From Minisyncoccota bacterium (GTDB lineage: Bacteria; Patescibacteriota; Minisyncoccia; Phycocordibacterales; CAJBRS01): a stretch of 64,000 bases of DNA. A program made the position numbers and the translations under genes. The first letter of the stretch is position 1. Each line of letters starts with the position of its first letter. This document shows positions 20,492 to 30,488 of this stretch, one piece after another. The stretch spans positions 59,639 through 123,638 of the forward strand of contig JADGRH010000001.1 of assembly GCA_017881075.1 (NCBI GenBank). The letters are read 5' to 3'. The notes beneath the pieces were generated by a model that was not told the DNA's origin, ran no database searches, and saw nothing but the letters and a program-made list of their open reading frames with translations.

Positions 20492-20728
20492 ATGAAAAAA
20501 GACATTCACCCACAATATTTTCCAAAAGCGACCATTACTTGCGCCTGCGGAGTGGTCTATACTCTTGGCTCTACTAAGGAGAAGATGGAAGTGGAAATCT
20601 GCTCTGCTTGCCATCCACTTTATACCGGCAATGAGAAGGTGCTTGATTCGGCTGGGCGAGTGGAGAAGTTTAAGGCACGACAGTCTGGTGCTAAAACTAG
20701 GAAAGCTGTCTCAAAGAAAGAGAAATAG
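20492..20728 (+). CDS. rpmE: 50S ribosomal protein L31 (Zn-binding type)
   Basis: MKKDIHPQY, CACG, CSACHP, GRVEKF. Confidence 0.97.
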   Translation: MKKDIHPQYFPKATITCACGVVYTLGSTKEKMEVEICSACHPLYTGNEKVLDSAGRVEKFKARQSGAKTRKAVSKKEK

Positions 20729-20737
20729 ATTTGTACA

Positions 20738-20876
20738 GCTGGTGTGGCCCGTATCGCTCCTGCCCGACTTTCCTCCTCTGATGACTCGGAAGAGTCGTTC
20801 ACGAGCTCTCCGGGAACAACCTGGACGATTGGGTATTTCACAGCATGTCTATTGTGGTGCTGCTAATCCAGGTTCC
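20738..20876. ncRNA. Candidate structured RNA between rpmE and prfA
   Basis: GC-rich intergenic region with nested stems (gactc-ggaa-gagtc; aacctgga/tccaggtt); no family recognised. Confidence 0.3.
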
Positions 20877-20887
20877 AAATTGATATC

Positions 20888-21817
20888 ATGCAAAAAGAAC
20901 AACTTGATGGATTAAAACAAAATCACAAGACCTCCTATCTCGCCGGCGAATATGAAAGATTAGAAAAGCAGGAAGAGGAGATCAGGAAGATGTCGGAGAA
21001 CGATCCGGCTCTTTTGGCATTGGCCGAAGATGAATTAAAAGATCTGGATGTACAAAAGAAAATGATAGAAGAGCAAATTGAAAATATTACCAAGGTAGAA
21101 GAGTCGGAAGATGATTTTCCTTCTGAAATTGTTTTGGAAGTGAGGGCTGGCGCCGGTGGGGAAGAGGCAACTCTTTTTGCCGAAGAGCTCGCTCTAATGT
21201 ATCAGAAGTATGCCGCCGCCGAGGGTTGGGCGACTCATAAGATTAACGACACCTCATTTGAAATTAAAGGCAAGGATGTTTATCGAAAACTTCGATTTGA
21301 AACTGGCGTCCATCGTATTCAGCGCGTTCCGGAGACTGAAAAAATGGGCCGAGTCCATACTTCCACCGCCTCAGTGGCCATTCTTCCTATTCGTAAGAAA
21401 ACTAGTATCGTTATTAATCTCGTCGATATTGAGATGGAATTCTCCCGTTCCGGTGGAGCGGGAGGTCAGAATGTGAACAAAGTAGAAACTGCCGTGCGTC
21501 TCATCCATAAACCAACAGGCATTGATGTTCGCTCTACTCAAGAGCGAAGCCAATTGAAAAATCGGGAGAAGGCCATGAGCATTTTGATTGCCAAACTGGA
21601 GTTGATGAAAGAAGAAGAGGAAGCCAAAAAATTCTCCAAAGAGCGCTCCGACCAGATTGGCACCGCCGACCGCTCCGAAAAGATCCGCACTTACAACATC
21701 CTCCAAGACCGCGTCACCGACCACCGCATCAAAGAATCCTGGCACAATATAGAAAAGATCTTCGCTGGCGGCCTTGGACCGATCGTGGAGGCAATGAATC
21801 AGGCCTCAGGGGTATAA
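20888..21817 (+). CDS. prfA: Peptide chain release factor 1 (short form)
   Basis: [16 protein letters not shown] (PxT), [18 protein letters not shown]. Confidence 0.93.
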   Translation: MQKEQLDGLKQNHKTSYLAGEYERLEKQEEEIRKMSENDPALLALAEDELKDLDVQKKMIEEQIENITKVEESEDDFPSEIVLEVRAGAGGEEATLFAEELALMYQKYAAAEGWATHKINDTSFEIKGKDVYRKLRFETGVHRIQRVPETEKMGRVHTSTASVAILPIRKKTSIVINLVDIEMEFSRSGGAGGQNVNKVETAVRLIHKPTGIDVRSTQERSQLKNREKAMSILIAKLELMKEEEEAKKFSKERSDQIGTADRSEKIRTYNILQDRVTDHRIKESWHNIEKIFAGGLGPIVEAMNQASGV

Positions 21818-21819
21818 AA

Positions 21820-22062
21820 TTAGTGAATGAATTTAAGAGAAGTGGAAGTGCTCGTCGTTGTTGCATTCATGGTAGAAGTGCTGAAAGTTGAAATTATGGA
21901 ATTCCAAATATTTCCTGGGCGCTCCAATTGGCTCATAATTTGACCGGTAAGGCCTCCCTGCTGATTATGATAACTGCTATATCCGATAGTGGCGACGAAT
22001 GCCACAGCAACAATAAGAACAATCAACAGCCCGATAAAGCCGTGTTTTTTAGTGGTTTTCAT
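21820..22062 (-). CDS. Small membrane-anchored hypothetical protein (possible pilin-like N-terminus KKHG/FIGLL)
   Basis: Basic N-terminus, G-F, hydrophobic helix, Ser/Thr-rich tail. Confidence 0.6.
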   Translation of the reverse strand: MKTTKKHGFIGLLIVLIVAVAFVATIGYSSYHNQQGGLTGQIMSQLERPGNIWNSIISTFSTSTMNATTTSTSTSLKFIH

Positions 22063-22087
22063 ACGCTTAAAATCATAACATATCTCT

Positions 22088-22936
22088 TGCAGAGGTCTGA
22101 CCTCTGCAGCCGAGTTTCTGCAGATTTTTTTTATCTATAATTTATATTTCCTTTAATGTTTCTTCATAGTCGGTACTATAAAATATCTTGCAGAGGTCAG
22201 ACCTCTGCAAGATGAGAAAAGAACCATTTAATGTCGGATCATACATTCATGTAATAAAAAGAGGCCATAGAAAGTCTCTCATTGTTCGGGATGAGAATGA
22301 CAGAAATCATTTTGAGCGAATCTTGTATTACCTGAATCATAAGAAATCATTGCCCGAACGTTGGTCTCAGATTTTAAGAGAAAAGAGAATTAAGAATTTT
22401 GATTTTCCTAAGGAGTGGGGAAAAAGAAAGCCTTTGGTAAAAATTGTAGCTTATGCTCTAATGCCGAACCATCTTCATCTATTTCTGAAAGAAATTGTTG
22501 AAGGAGGAGTAACGACTTTCATGAGAAAAATAGGCAATAGCATGACAGCTCATTTTAATCTCAGACATGAAGAATCTGGAACGCTTTTTCCAGGTGCCTA
22601 TCGGTCTAAAACAATTGAAGACGATGCTTATTTTCGTTACTGTGGAGTATATATCATGGTCAAAAATATTTTTGAGCTTTATCCTGGTGGACTCGAGCGA
22701 GCAAAAAAAGAATTTGAGATAGCATTTCAATGGGCTTTAAATTATAGATTCAGCAGTTTGCCGGAATATCTGAATATCAGGACTCAACCGATAATCGATA
22801 AGGAATTGTTAGGGGAACTCTTTTTCGGTCCTAAGGACTTCAAGGATTTTGCTAGAGATTGTATTTTAGGAAGGAAACCTGATTTTAATGAGATAAATCT
22901 AGAGTAAATGAAATCTGCAGAGGTCTGACCTCTGCA
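22088..22936. repeat. REP palindromes of RAYT-2 (TGCAGAGGTC-W-GACCTCTGCA) x3
   Basis: Copies at 22088-22108, 22189-22209 (inverted) and 22916-22936. Confidence 0.92.
22212..22907 (+). mobile_element. REP-associated tyrosine transposase (RAYT) #2
   Basis: YIHVIKRG, YALMPNHLHL (HUH), SGTLFPGAYRSK, YRFSS. The ATG at 22212 is preferred over the TTG inside the REP. Confidence 0.88.
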
Positions 22937-22990
22937 GGAAATTTATGGGTTGCGCCGATAATTCTAATTTGCTACACTACCTCCTACACT

Positions 22991-23716
22991 ATGGAAAAAA
23001 CCAATACAAATAGCCTCGTTATAGAAAAAATGTTCCAAGCCGGTGCTCATTTTGGCTATTCTAAATCCCGGCGCCACCCGACCACCAGCCCCTACATTTT
23101 CGGGGTCAAAAATAAGGTAGAGATTATTGATTTAGAAAAGACCGAGGAATCTCTCACTGCCGCATTGGAATTCGTCAAGAAACTAGCCTCTGAAGGCAAA
23201 ACTATTCTTTTTGCTTCCGGCAAAAATGAAGGAAAGTCTGCTATTCAGAAAGGGGCAGAGGCCATTGAAATGCCATTTGTTGCCGGCCGCTGGGTAGGAG
23301 GAACTTTCACCAATTTTGACAATATCAAAAAACGAGTAGAGAAGATGCAGGACCTTCTATCTCAACGAGAGAAAGGAGAATTGGCCAAATATACCAAGAA
23401 AGAAAGATTGATGATTGATCGCCAGATCGACAAATTGAATCTGCTTTTCTCAGGATTGGTCTTATTGAAACAACTTCCCGCAGCACTTTTTGTAATTGAT
23501 TCAAGACGCGAGCATATCGCCGTAGAGGAAGCGAAGTGCATGAAGATTCCGGTGATCGCTCTTAGTGGCTCAGATTGCAATCTCAAAGAAGTTGACTACC
23601 CGATCGTCGCTAATGATTCTGCCATGGCCAGCATTAAATTTTTTGTTGATAAAGTGACCGACGCCTACAAAGAAGGGAAGTTAATGAAAAAAACTGAACC
23701 AATCAAAGCTGTATAA
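22991..23716 (+). CDS. rpsB: 30S ribosomal protein S2
   Basis: AGAHFG, RWVGGTFTNF, ANDSA. Confidence 0.97.
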   Translation: MEKTNTNSLVIEKMFQAGAHFGYSKSRRHPTTSPYIFGVKNKVEIIDLEKTEESLTAALEFVKKLASEGKTILFASGKNEGKSAIQKGAEAIEMPFVAGRWVGGTFTNFDNIKKRVEKMQDLLSQREKGELAKYTKKERLMIDRQIDKLNLLFSGLVLLKQLPAALFVIDSRREHIAVEEAKCMKIPVIALSGSDCNLKEVDYPIVANDSAMASIKFFVDKVTDAYKEGKLMKKTEPIKAV

Positions 23717-23719
23717 GTC

Positions 23720-24310
23720 ATGACTATCACTACCGAACAAGTAAAAGAATTACGTGACAAGACCGGTATTTCGGTGATGCAATGCAAGAAGGCTTTGGAA
23801 GAAGCCGGTGGCGACATGGAAAAGGCCACGGTCATTTTGCGAAAGAAAGGAGCGGAAATTGCTTCTAAGAAATCGGACCGAACGCTCGGCGCTGGCACCG
23901 TCGCCGCCTACATTCATTCTAATGGTACTGTCGGAGCGATGGTGGAGCTCGTTTCAGAGACAGATTTCGTTTCCAAGAATGAGGAATTTAAAACTCTGGC
24001 CTATAATATCGCCATGCACGTTGCTGCATCCAAACCAGAATTTCTCACCACCGAAGAAATAGACAAAACAACCAAGAAGAATGCCGCTGAAGTGTTTCAA
24101 AAAGAGGTGGAAGGAAAACCAAAAGAAATGCAGGCAAAGATACTGGAAGGGAAACTTAACTCTTATTTCGCCGACAAAATTCTATTGGAACAACCATTCA
24201 TCAAAAATCCGGAACTAACCATCAATCAACTTATTCAGAACGCTATTCAAAAATTCGGCGAGAAAATAGAAGTGGCCAAATTCACTCGCTTCTCTGTCTT
24301 AGAAAAATAA
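23720..24310 (+). CDS. tsf: Elongation factor Ts (short form)
   Basis: VKELRDKTG, CKKAL, ETDFV. Confidence 0.97.
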   Translation: MTITTEQVKELRDKTGISVMQCKKALEEAGGDMEKATVILRKKGAEIASKKSDRTLGAGTVAAYIHSNGTVGAMVELVSETDFVSKNEEFKTLAYNIAMHVAASKPEFLTTEEIDKTTKKNAAEVFQKEVEGKPKEMQAKILEGKLNSYFADKILLEQPFIKNPELTINQLIQNAIQKFGEKIEVAKFTRFSVLEK

Positions 24311-24320
24311 GCAAACATTC

Positions 24321-24698
24321 ATGATTATTGCTCTCTCATTGCTGATTGTCTCTTTTTTGGCCATGATGGGTATGGTTTATCTGAAACTGACCGAGACCAG
24401 AACTGGTAAGTCCTACCTCTTTTTCAATAAAAAAAGTGATCAGTTTGTGGAAAATAGTTATACTGGTGCAAAGAAATTCTTTCATCGCTGGAATTGGCGG
24501 ACCATCCAATTGCTTTACCACCTTGTTTTGGAGAAAATTGAGGATTTCTTTCTGAATATCTATCGATATACTAGAAAGAAGTTTGATAAACCGGTCAGTA
24601 TGGTAAAAGGACAAGGTGACCTTCCAACTGAAAAATCAGACAGCTCCTTTTTCTTGAAAAACATAGAGGAGCATAAAAATAATAATAAGCCGAAGTAG
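24321..24698 (+). CDS. Hypothetical membrane protein
   Basis: N-terminal TM helix; co-oriented with tsf; stop overlaps the tRNA 5' end. Confidence 0.7.
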   Translation: MIIALSLLIVSFLAMMGMVYLKLTETRTGKSYLFFNKKSDQFVENSYTGAKKFFHRWNWRTIQLLYHLVLEKIEDFFLNIYRYTRKKFDKPVSMVKGQGDLPTEKSDSSFFLKNIEEHKNNNKPK

Positions 24699-24764
24699 CT
24701 CAGTTGGTAGAGCAGCTGTTTTGTAAACAGCAGGTCGTCGGTTCAAACCCGACCTTCGGCTCCA
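24689..24764 (+). tRNA. tRNA-Thr(TGT)
   Basis: GCCGAAG acceptor stem pairs with CTTCGGC-TCCA; D arm AGCTCAGTTGGTAGAGC; anticodon stem GCTGT/ACAGC with loop TT-TGT-AA; GGTTCAAACC T loop. Confidence 0.97.
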
Positions 24765-24767
24765 AGA

Positions 24768-25463
24768 TTATTTCTTCTTACTACTAGTGCTTGTGGTGGA
24801 AGTGGCGCTGGTGGAGCTCGCCAGTAATGTTTGAAGAATTGGCAAGTCTTTCTCAATGTCTTCAATGCTGGTGAAACCGTAATAGGTCTTGTCTTCAATG
24901 ATGGTGGCCGGCAATGATCCATTCAATTTATAAATGGAAATGAGAGTCTTGACGGCAGAGAGGTCAAGATCATAATCAAAAGAATAAACTCGGAGAGACG
25001 GATATTTCTGTCTCATGGCGGTCAGAACATAGCCCTGTTTAGTACAATCATCGCAGTGAGTGTTGTTGGAATAAAAATATAGAATGAATACGGAAGGCAC
25101 ATGGCATCTTTCGCTCACCTGTTTCATTAAGAGATAATCTTTAATTTCCAAGAGAGAATAATCTTTCTTCAGCTGAACAATGTTGCTGTCTTGATTGCCA
25201 ATATTTTCTTCTCCGTATTGAATCTTATCGGCCAGAGAGTTTAGTTCGGGGGATAAGATAGAATCATTGACGTCCTTGCAGGAAAGCTCTCCAAGTAAAG
25301 AGAACTGAACCTCCGAGGAGGCAATGTCCGTAGAAATGGAACTCTGGATTGATTGAATGTCGGCAATTCTTTTGCCGTTGAAATAATTATTCAGATAAAG
25401 GGCCGTAAAGAAAATAGCGGCCGTGATCAGAAGAGTAATAAGATATTTTTTCCAATCCATCAT
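24768..25463 (-). CDS. Membrane-anchored thioredoxin-like (CxxC) protein
   Basis: N-terminal TM, ILYFYS..CDDC, later LPAT (cis-Pro-like position). Confidence 0.7.
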   Translation of the reverse strand: MMDWKKYLITLLITAAIFFTALYLNNYFNGKRIADIQSIQSSISTDIASSEVQFSLLGELSCKDVNDSILSPELNSLADKIQYGEENIGNQDSNIVQLKKDYSLLEIKDYLLMKQVSERCHVPSVFILYFYSNNTHCDDCTKQGYVLTAMRQKYPSLRVYSFDYDLDLSAVKTLISIYKLNGSLPATIIEDKTYYGFTSIEDIEKDLPILQTLLASSTSATSTTSTSSKKK

Positions 25464-25476
25464 GAGTGTGTCGCCC

Positions 25477-26733
25477 CTATCTCCAGGAGCTTTGTCTTCC
25501 GAATAAAGTATTGTAAAAAGCCTTGATAAGCCAGAGTGGAGCGATCATGGAATAAAGGAAGAGAGAATAAACCACATCCATATATCGGCGGTCTCTCACT
25601 CCGGCCATTCGCTTTCCGGTAAAAATAATGATCAGTGTAAGAACGATGAGCAAGGCATTAATGAAGGAAATAGCTTTCGTATTAATAAAGAACCAATCGA
25701 AATGAAAATTACTAAGGCTCCAATGAAAACCGACAGTTTGGAATCTAACGGTTTCTTTAATAAGAAATTTCAAGATGCCATAATAGATGACAAAGACTAG
25801 ATAGATAGTGCCAAAGAAAGAGACAAAGGCTAGCGGTAGGATAAAAAGGCCCAGATTGCCATATTTTTTATTAAAGACCAGATGCCGATAATCCTTGATA
25901 TTTTCCAGAAAGCCGTGGGTCCAGCGCACCCTCTGCTTGTAAAGCTTCGGTAAGGTTTTCGGACCAACAGTATAGACTACGGCCTTATGGGCGTTCACAA
26001 TCTTATAATGATTGCTCTGAAGACGTAGTGCCATCTCCATATCTTCGGTGTTGTGAGCATGATGATAATTACCTAGCTCGGTAAAAACTCGGGTTCTGAA
26101 AATGGAAAACGGACCGGGCGTGACATAAATAGCATTCAGAATACTGAAAACTTTTCGGGCGAAGATACCAAGATTATATTCAACATTCTGGATCATTCTG
26201 ATAATACTGTTCGGACTGTGGATTTTAAGCGACGGGGTAACAGCCATGACTTTTGGGTCTCTGAAATAGACCATGATATTTTTCAGAGCGTCCGGATGGA
26301 CGAAGGAATCAGCATCAAGACAGCCGACATAGTCTGTGACGGTATGTTCCAGGCCAAGATTGAGTGCAGTATATTTACCCCCGTTTTCTTTTTGAAATGT
26401 TTGAATTTGGGAAATATCTTTAAATTCGGAGATAACTTTGAAAGTATTGTCAGTACTGCCGTCATCAATAATTAAAATATGTAATTTCTCTTTAGGGTAA
26501 TTCAGTTTCAGTAAAGATTCTACAGTGGTTCTAATAGTGTTCTCTTCATTGAAGCAAGGAACGATAACGGTGACAGCCGGATGATCAATCAATTGCCACG
26601 ACTCTTCTTCCCGAATTTGCCCCTTTTTTTCCCAAAAAGTGAGCAACAGGAAGACTTCAAAATATAAAGACATGAAGAGAATGGTATATGTAACAATATC
26701 GGAGGCAATATGAAAAGGCATAGGTCGTTCCAT
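25477..26733 (-). CDS. Processive GT2 glycosyltransferase (PgaC/IcaA/CesA-like)
   Basis: PCFNEE, DDGSTD, LDAD, TED, QRVRW, flanking TM helices. Confidence 0.92.
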   Translation of the reverse strand: MERPMPFHIASDIVTYTILFMSLYFEVFLLLTFWEKKGQIREEESWQLIDHPAVTVIVPCFNEENTIRTTVESLLKLNYPKEKLHILIIDDGSTDNTFKVISEFKDISQIQTFQKENGGKYTALNLGLEHTVTDYVGCLDADSFVHPDALKNIMVYFRDPKVMAVTPSLKIHSPNSIIRMIQNVEYNLGIFARKVFSILNAIYVTPGPFSIFRTRVFTELGNYHHAHNTEDMEMALRLQSNHYKIVNAHKAVVYTVGPKTLPKLYKQRVRWTHGFLENIKDYRHLVFNKKYGNLGLFILPLAFVSFFGTIYLVFVIYYGILKFLIKETVRFQTVGFHWSLSNFHFDWFFINTKAISFINALLIVLTLIIIFTGKRMAGVRDRRYMDVVYSLFLYSMIAPLWLIKAFYNTLFGRQSSWR

Positions 26734-26797
26734 CCTATCTCATTTTGACCTCCTTTTCAACCTTTATTTTAAGGCTTAATTTGGCTATAATCGACTT

Positions 26798-27946
26798 ATG
26801 AGAAATATTTTTGAGGTGTCATATGAGGATCAAAAGAAGGCTTTAACCACGCTCGATGCTCTACATGATCCTGAAAACGAACGAATTAAAAGGTTTTTAA
26901 AAATGTCGGATTTATCTCGAACAGTCGGCAGTCCTATTGCCGAAATGGTAGAGAAAATTCTGGCCCGCCCGGAATTCAAAGATTTCGATGTTATTGAAAC
27001 GCCCGAAGTGGTGCCTACAACTATTAGTTTTGATCTTTTCGATTTTCCAAAAGATCATCCGGCCAGAAGCCGCTCCGATACCTACTACGTGAACGATGAA
27101 AATATTCTCCGAACTCACACCACCGTAATGTGGTATTACTATTTAAAGGAGAAAGATGTCCAAAAAAGAATGAGTAAGGGAGAGCCGGTCGGCTGTTTTT
27201 CCTTCGGAAAAGTTTATCGAAAGGATGAGATTGATCGAAATCACATGAATGTCTTCCATCAGCTGGACGGCTGGTATCTTGCCCCAAAAGAGAGAGAAAA
27301 AATTGGCGCAGATGAATTGAAAAAAGTTTTAGGAGCTATTGCCGAAGCGGTATATGGCCCGAAAATGGAAAAACGATATAACCCCGATGAATTTCCATAC
27401 ACTGACCCGTCTCTTGAAATGGAAATCAAGCCGGATGATCGATGGATTGAAGTTTTGGGGAGCGGAGTGGTGAAAGACAGCGTTTTGGATAAGCTCGGCA
27501 TTGATTCAAATAAATGGAATGGCTGGGCTTTCGGCTTTGGACTGGAGCGGTTAGCCATAGTTTCAATGGAATTGCCGGACATCCGCCTCCTCTGGTCGGA
27601 AGACGAAAGAGTGAAGAAGCAGTTGAAGCTCGGTTCTAAATTCAAAGAAGTCAGCAAATTTCCGCCGGTTATCCGCGACATTTCTTTTATTGCTCCCAAA
27701 AATTTAATTTTAAATCACTACTTTGATCGCATTCGCGATATTGTCGACGATCAAATCGAGGAAATGAAACTAACCGATAAATATGAGAATGATGCCAAGT
27801 TCGGTGTGGATAAAATGAGTTATACCTGGAGACTGACTTATCGAGATTTGAATAAAACTTTAACTAGTGAGGAAGTAAACGGTTTGCACGCTAAAGTTGA
27901 AGAAATGACAGAAAAGGAATTCAACGCCGCTGTAAGAAGAGCATAA
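26798..27946 (+). CDS. pheS: Phenylalanyl-tRNA synthetase, alpha catalytic domain fused to FDX-ACB anticodon-binding domain (organellar-type)
   Basis: HPARSRSDTYY, LRTHTT, YRKDEIDRNH, FPYTDPS, AFGFGLERLA, DIRLLWS, then SKFPPVIRDISF...YRDLNKTLTSEEVN. Confidence 0.92.
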   Translation: MRNIFEVSYEDQKKALTTLDALHDPENERIKRFLKMSDLSRTVGSPIAEMVEKILARPEFKDFDVIETPEVVPTTISFDLFDFPKDHPARSRSDTYYVNDENILRTHTTVMWYYYLKEKDVQKRMSKGEPVGCFSFGKVYRKDEIDRNHMNVFHQLDGWYLAPKEREKIGADELKKVLGAIAEAVYGPKMEKRYNPDEFPYTDPSLEMEIKPDDRWIEVLGSGVVKDSVLDKLGIDSNKWNGWAFGFGLERLAIVSMELPDIRLLWSEDERVKKQLKLGSKFKEVSKFPPVIRDISFIAPKNLILNHYFDRIRDIVDDQIEEMKLTDKYENDAKFGVDKMSYTWRLTYRDLNKTLTSEEVNGLHAKVEEMTEKEFNAAVRRA

Positions 27947-27951
27947 AACAC

Positions 27952-28278
27952 ATGGAAGATAAAATTCGACAAATTCTTTCGGATATAGGTTTCGTGGAAT
28001 CCGATAATGGAAATAAAATTTTTAAAATTAAGGATGGCATCCTTACCGTTGCTATTTCTAAACCTTCTTCGGGTAAGACGGTAAACGAAGAAATTCGCCA
28101 AACTCGTGAATATCTCTTGAAAAACCTTGATGCTAAAATTTTGACTCTCTGCACCATTGATGATACAGGTGGAATTTTAATGCTAGGAAAGGAGAAAATC
28201 GGTGAAATTAATAGAATAGATGGAGTAATGGAGATAAATCTCCATAAATTACTAAATAGTGCCTCAACTAAGGGTTAA
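27952..28278 (+). CDS. Hypothetical protein
   Basis: 108-aa ORF starting 5 bp after the PheRS stop. Confidence 0.6.
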   Translation: MEDKIRQILSDIGFVESDNGNKIFKIKDGILTVAISKPSSGKTVNEEIRQTREYLLKNLDAKILTLCTIDDTGGILMLGKEKIGEINRIDGVMEINLHKLLNSASTKG

Positions 28279-28370
28279 ATTGAGTCAGTGTTAGCTTGGC
28301 AAAGAGGCCAGTAAAATGCTATAATATGAGTAAATAAAGCCATTAAAAGGGGCTTTGTTTGTTTCAAAAA

Positions 28371-30476
28371 ATGGCAAAAGATAGCAAAGAAAAAGATGTA
28401 AAAAAGGGCTCATATGGGGCTGCTGATATTACGGTATTAGAAGGGTTGGAACCGGTCCGAAAGCGGCCGGGAATGTATATCGGTACCACCGGCCCGGACG
28501 GCCTCCACCACCTCATTACAGAAATATTTGACAATGCCCGCGATGAAGCCATGGGTGGTTTTGCTAATGATATTGAAATTGCCTTTCTGCCAAACAACCG
28601 AATCCGAGTAGTAGACAATGGCCGAGGTATTCCGGTGGATATGCACAAGCAGACGAAAGTTTCGGCGTTGGAGACTATCATGACCACACTCCACGCCGGA
28701 GGAAAATTCGGAGGTGAGAACAGTAGCTACAAAGTTTCCGGCGGGCTTCACGGTGTGGGTGCCTCAGTGGTCAATGCCCTTTCAATTTATACCAAGGTGA
28801 CAGTACATAAAGATGGGGGAGTGTATGTTCAGGAATATTCTCAAGGCAAGCGAAAAGCAGCAGTCAAAAAGATTGGTAACACAAAACTTTCCGGCACCAT
28901 TGTTATCTTTGAACCGGATCCGGCCATTTTCAGTGAGATTAAATTTGATTTTGAAAAGATAGTTTCTCATATGCGACAGCAGGCGTATTTAGTGAAGAGT
29001 TTGCGCATCTCTCTCCTTAATTTTACGGAAGTAAAAGAAAAAATTGAAACGGATAAGGTCTTCTATCTGCGAGAACTTGATCTAGAGGGACCATCACAAA
29101 CTTTTTATTTTGAAGGTGGACTTTTGTCTTTGGTCAAATTCTATAACCAACTCCAAAAACCGATCCACAAAAATATTTTTTATGTAGAGAAGAAAGTGGA
29201 AGGGGTGGAATCAGTGGAAGTAGCTTTGCAATACGTAGATGATATTGCTTCAAGAGTAGTGACTTTTGCCAATAATATTAATACTCCCGAAGGAGGAACA
29301 CATCTCACTGGTTTTAAAACCGCTCTGACTAGAACTCTAAACAGCTACGGCCGCAAAACGAACATTATTAAAGAATCGGAAGACAATTTTACTGGTGATG
29401 ATGTTCTGGAAGGTCTTACCGCCATCGTTTCGGTAAAGCTCCGAGAGATCCAATTTGAGGGCCAAACAAAGGCTAAATTAGGCAGCATGGAGGCCCAGAG
29501 TGCAGTAAACACGGTCTTTGGCGAGGCCTTTTCGGCGTATCTCGAGGAGAATCCGGATGATGCTCGATCTATCATCAACAAATCAATATTGGCTCTGAAG
29601 TCTCGGAAGGCAGCCAAGGCGGCCAAAGATTCCATCTTGCGCAAAGGTGCCTTGGAAGGAATGACCTTACCCGGAAAGCTGGCTGACTGCCAGTCAAAAG
29701 AAGCTAGTGAATCGGAGCTATTCATCGTAGAGGGGGATTCGGCCGGCGGTACGGCCAAGATGGGGCGCGACCGAAGGACTCAGGCCATACTGCCTCTCCG
29801 AGGAAAGATTTTAAATATTGAACGGGCACGACTTGATAAGATGCTTGCTTCCGAGCAGATCAAGAATTTGGTTATTGCTATCGGCACGGCTATCGGCGAC
29901 ACCTTTGATATTTCCAAACTTCGCTATCACAAAATTATTATCGCCACCGATGCCGACGTTGACGGTGCGCACATTCGCACTCTTATTTTGACTTTGTTCT
30001 ACCGATATTTCCGGCCGCTTCTCGATGGCGGCTTTATTTACATCGCCCAGCCGCCACTTTATAAAGTGAAATATGGAAAAGAAGTCTTGTATTTCTATAC
30101 TGAAGAAGAGAAAGATAAATTTCTGGTCAAAGAAAAAGTGGAAGTGGAGGAGGTGAAGGAAAGTGATGACAACAATAATGAGGTGGAAGTTTCGGAAGAG
30201 GAGAACGAGGAATCAGCCGAAGTGTCGACTGGTAAAAAAGCGGTCGCTTCGGCAAAAAAGAAAATCAGTATCCAAAGATATAAAGGTCTCGGAGAAATGA
30301 ACGCCGAAGAGCTTGGTGAGACCACTATGAATGTAAACAATCGCATCTTGAAACAAGTAAATGTAGATGACGCCGAAGCGGCTGACAAAGTGATTGAGGT
30401 CCTCATGGGCACCGACGTCCCTTCTCGCAAATCCTTCATCCAATCAAACGCCAAGGCTGCGAATATTGATATATAA
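28371..30476 (+). CDS. gyrB: DNA gyrase subunit B (type IIA topoisomerase B)
   Basis: VRKRPGMYIG, GGLHGVG, VEGDSAGG, PLRGKILN, DADVDG, QRYKGLGEM; acidic insert near the C-terminus. Confidence 0.95.
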   Translation: MAKDSKEKDVKKGSYGAADITVLEGLEPVRKRPGMYIGTTGPDGLHHLITEIFDNARDEAMGGFANDIEIAFLPNNRIRVVDNGRGIPVDMHKQTKVSALETIMTTLHAGGKFGGENSSYKVSGGLHGVGASVVNALSIYTKVTVHKDGGVYVQEYSQGKRKAAVKKIGNTKLSGTIVIFEPDPAIFSEIKFDFEKIVSHMRQQAYLVKSLRISLLNFTEVKEKIETDKVFYLRELDLEGPSQTFYFEGGLLSLVKFYNQLQKPIHKNIFYVEKKVEGVESVEVALQYVDDIASRVVTFANNINTPEGGTHLTGFKTALTRTLNSYGRKTNIIKESEDNFTGDDVLEGLTAIVSVKLREIQFEGQTKAKLGSMEAQSAVNTVFGEAFSAYLEENPDDARSIINKSILALKSRKAAKAAKDSILRKGALEGMTLPGKLADCQSKEASESELFIVEGDSAGGTAKMGRDRRTQAILPLRGKILNIERARLDKMLASEQIKNLVIAIGTAIGDTFDISKLRYHKIIIATDADVDGAHIRTLILTLFYRYFRPLLDGGFIYIAQPPLYKVKYGKEVLYFYTEEEKDKFLVKEKVEVEEVKESDDNNNEVEVSEEENEESAEVSTGKKAVASAKKKISIQRYKGLGEMNAEELGETTMNVNNRILKQVNVDDAEAADKVIEVLMGTDVPSRKSFIQSNAKAANIDI

Positions 30477-30488
30477 TTTAATGATCAT

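Noticed and set aside
20760-20810. RNase P RNA (minus-strand GAGGAAAGTC) or hammerhead (CTGATGA)
   Set aside because: RNase P would run antisense through rpmE and no 3' conserved ACAGAA.CCGGC motif was found. The hammerhead lacks GAAA after stem II.
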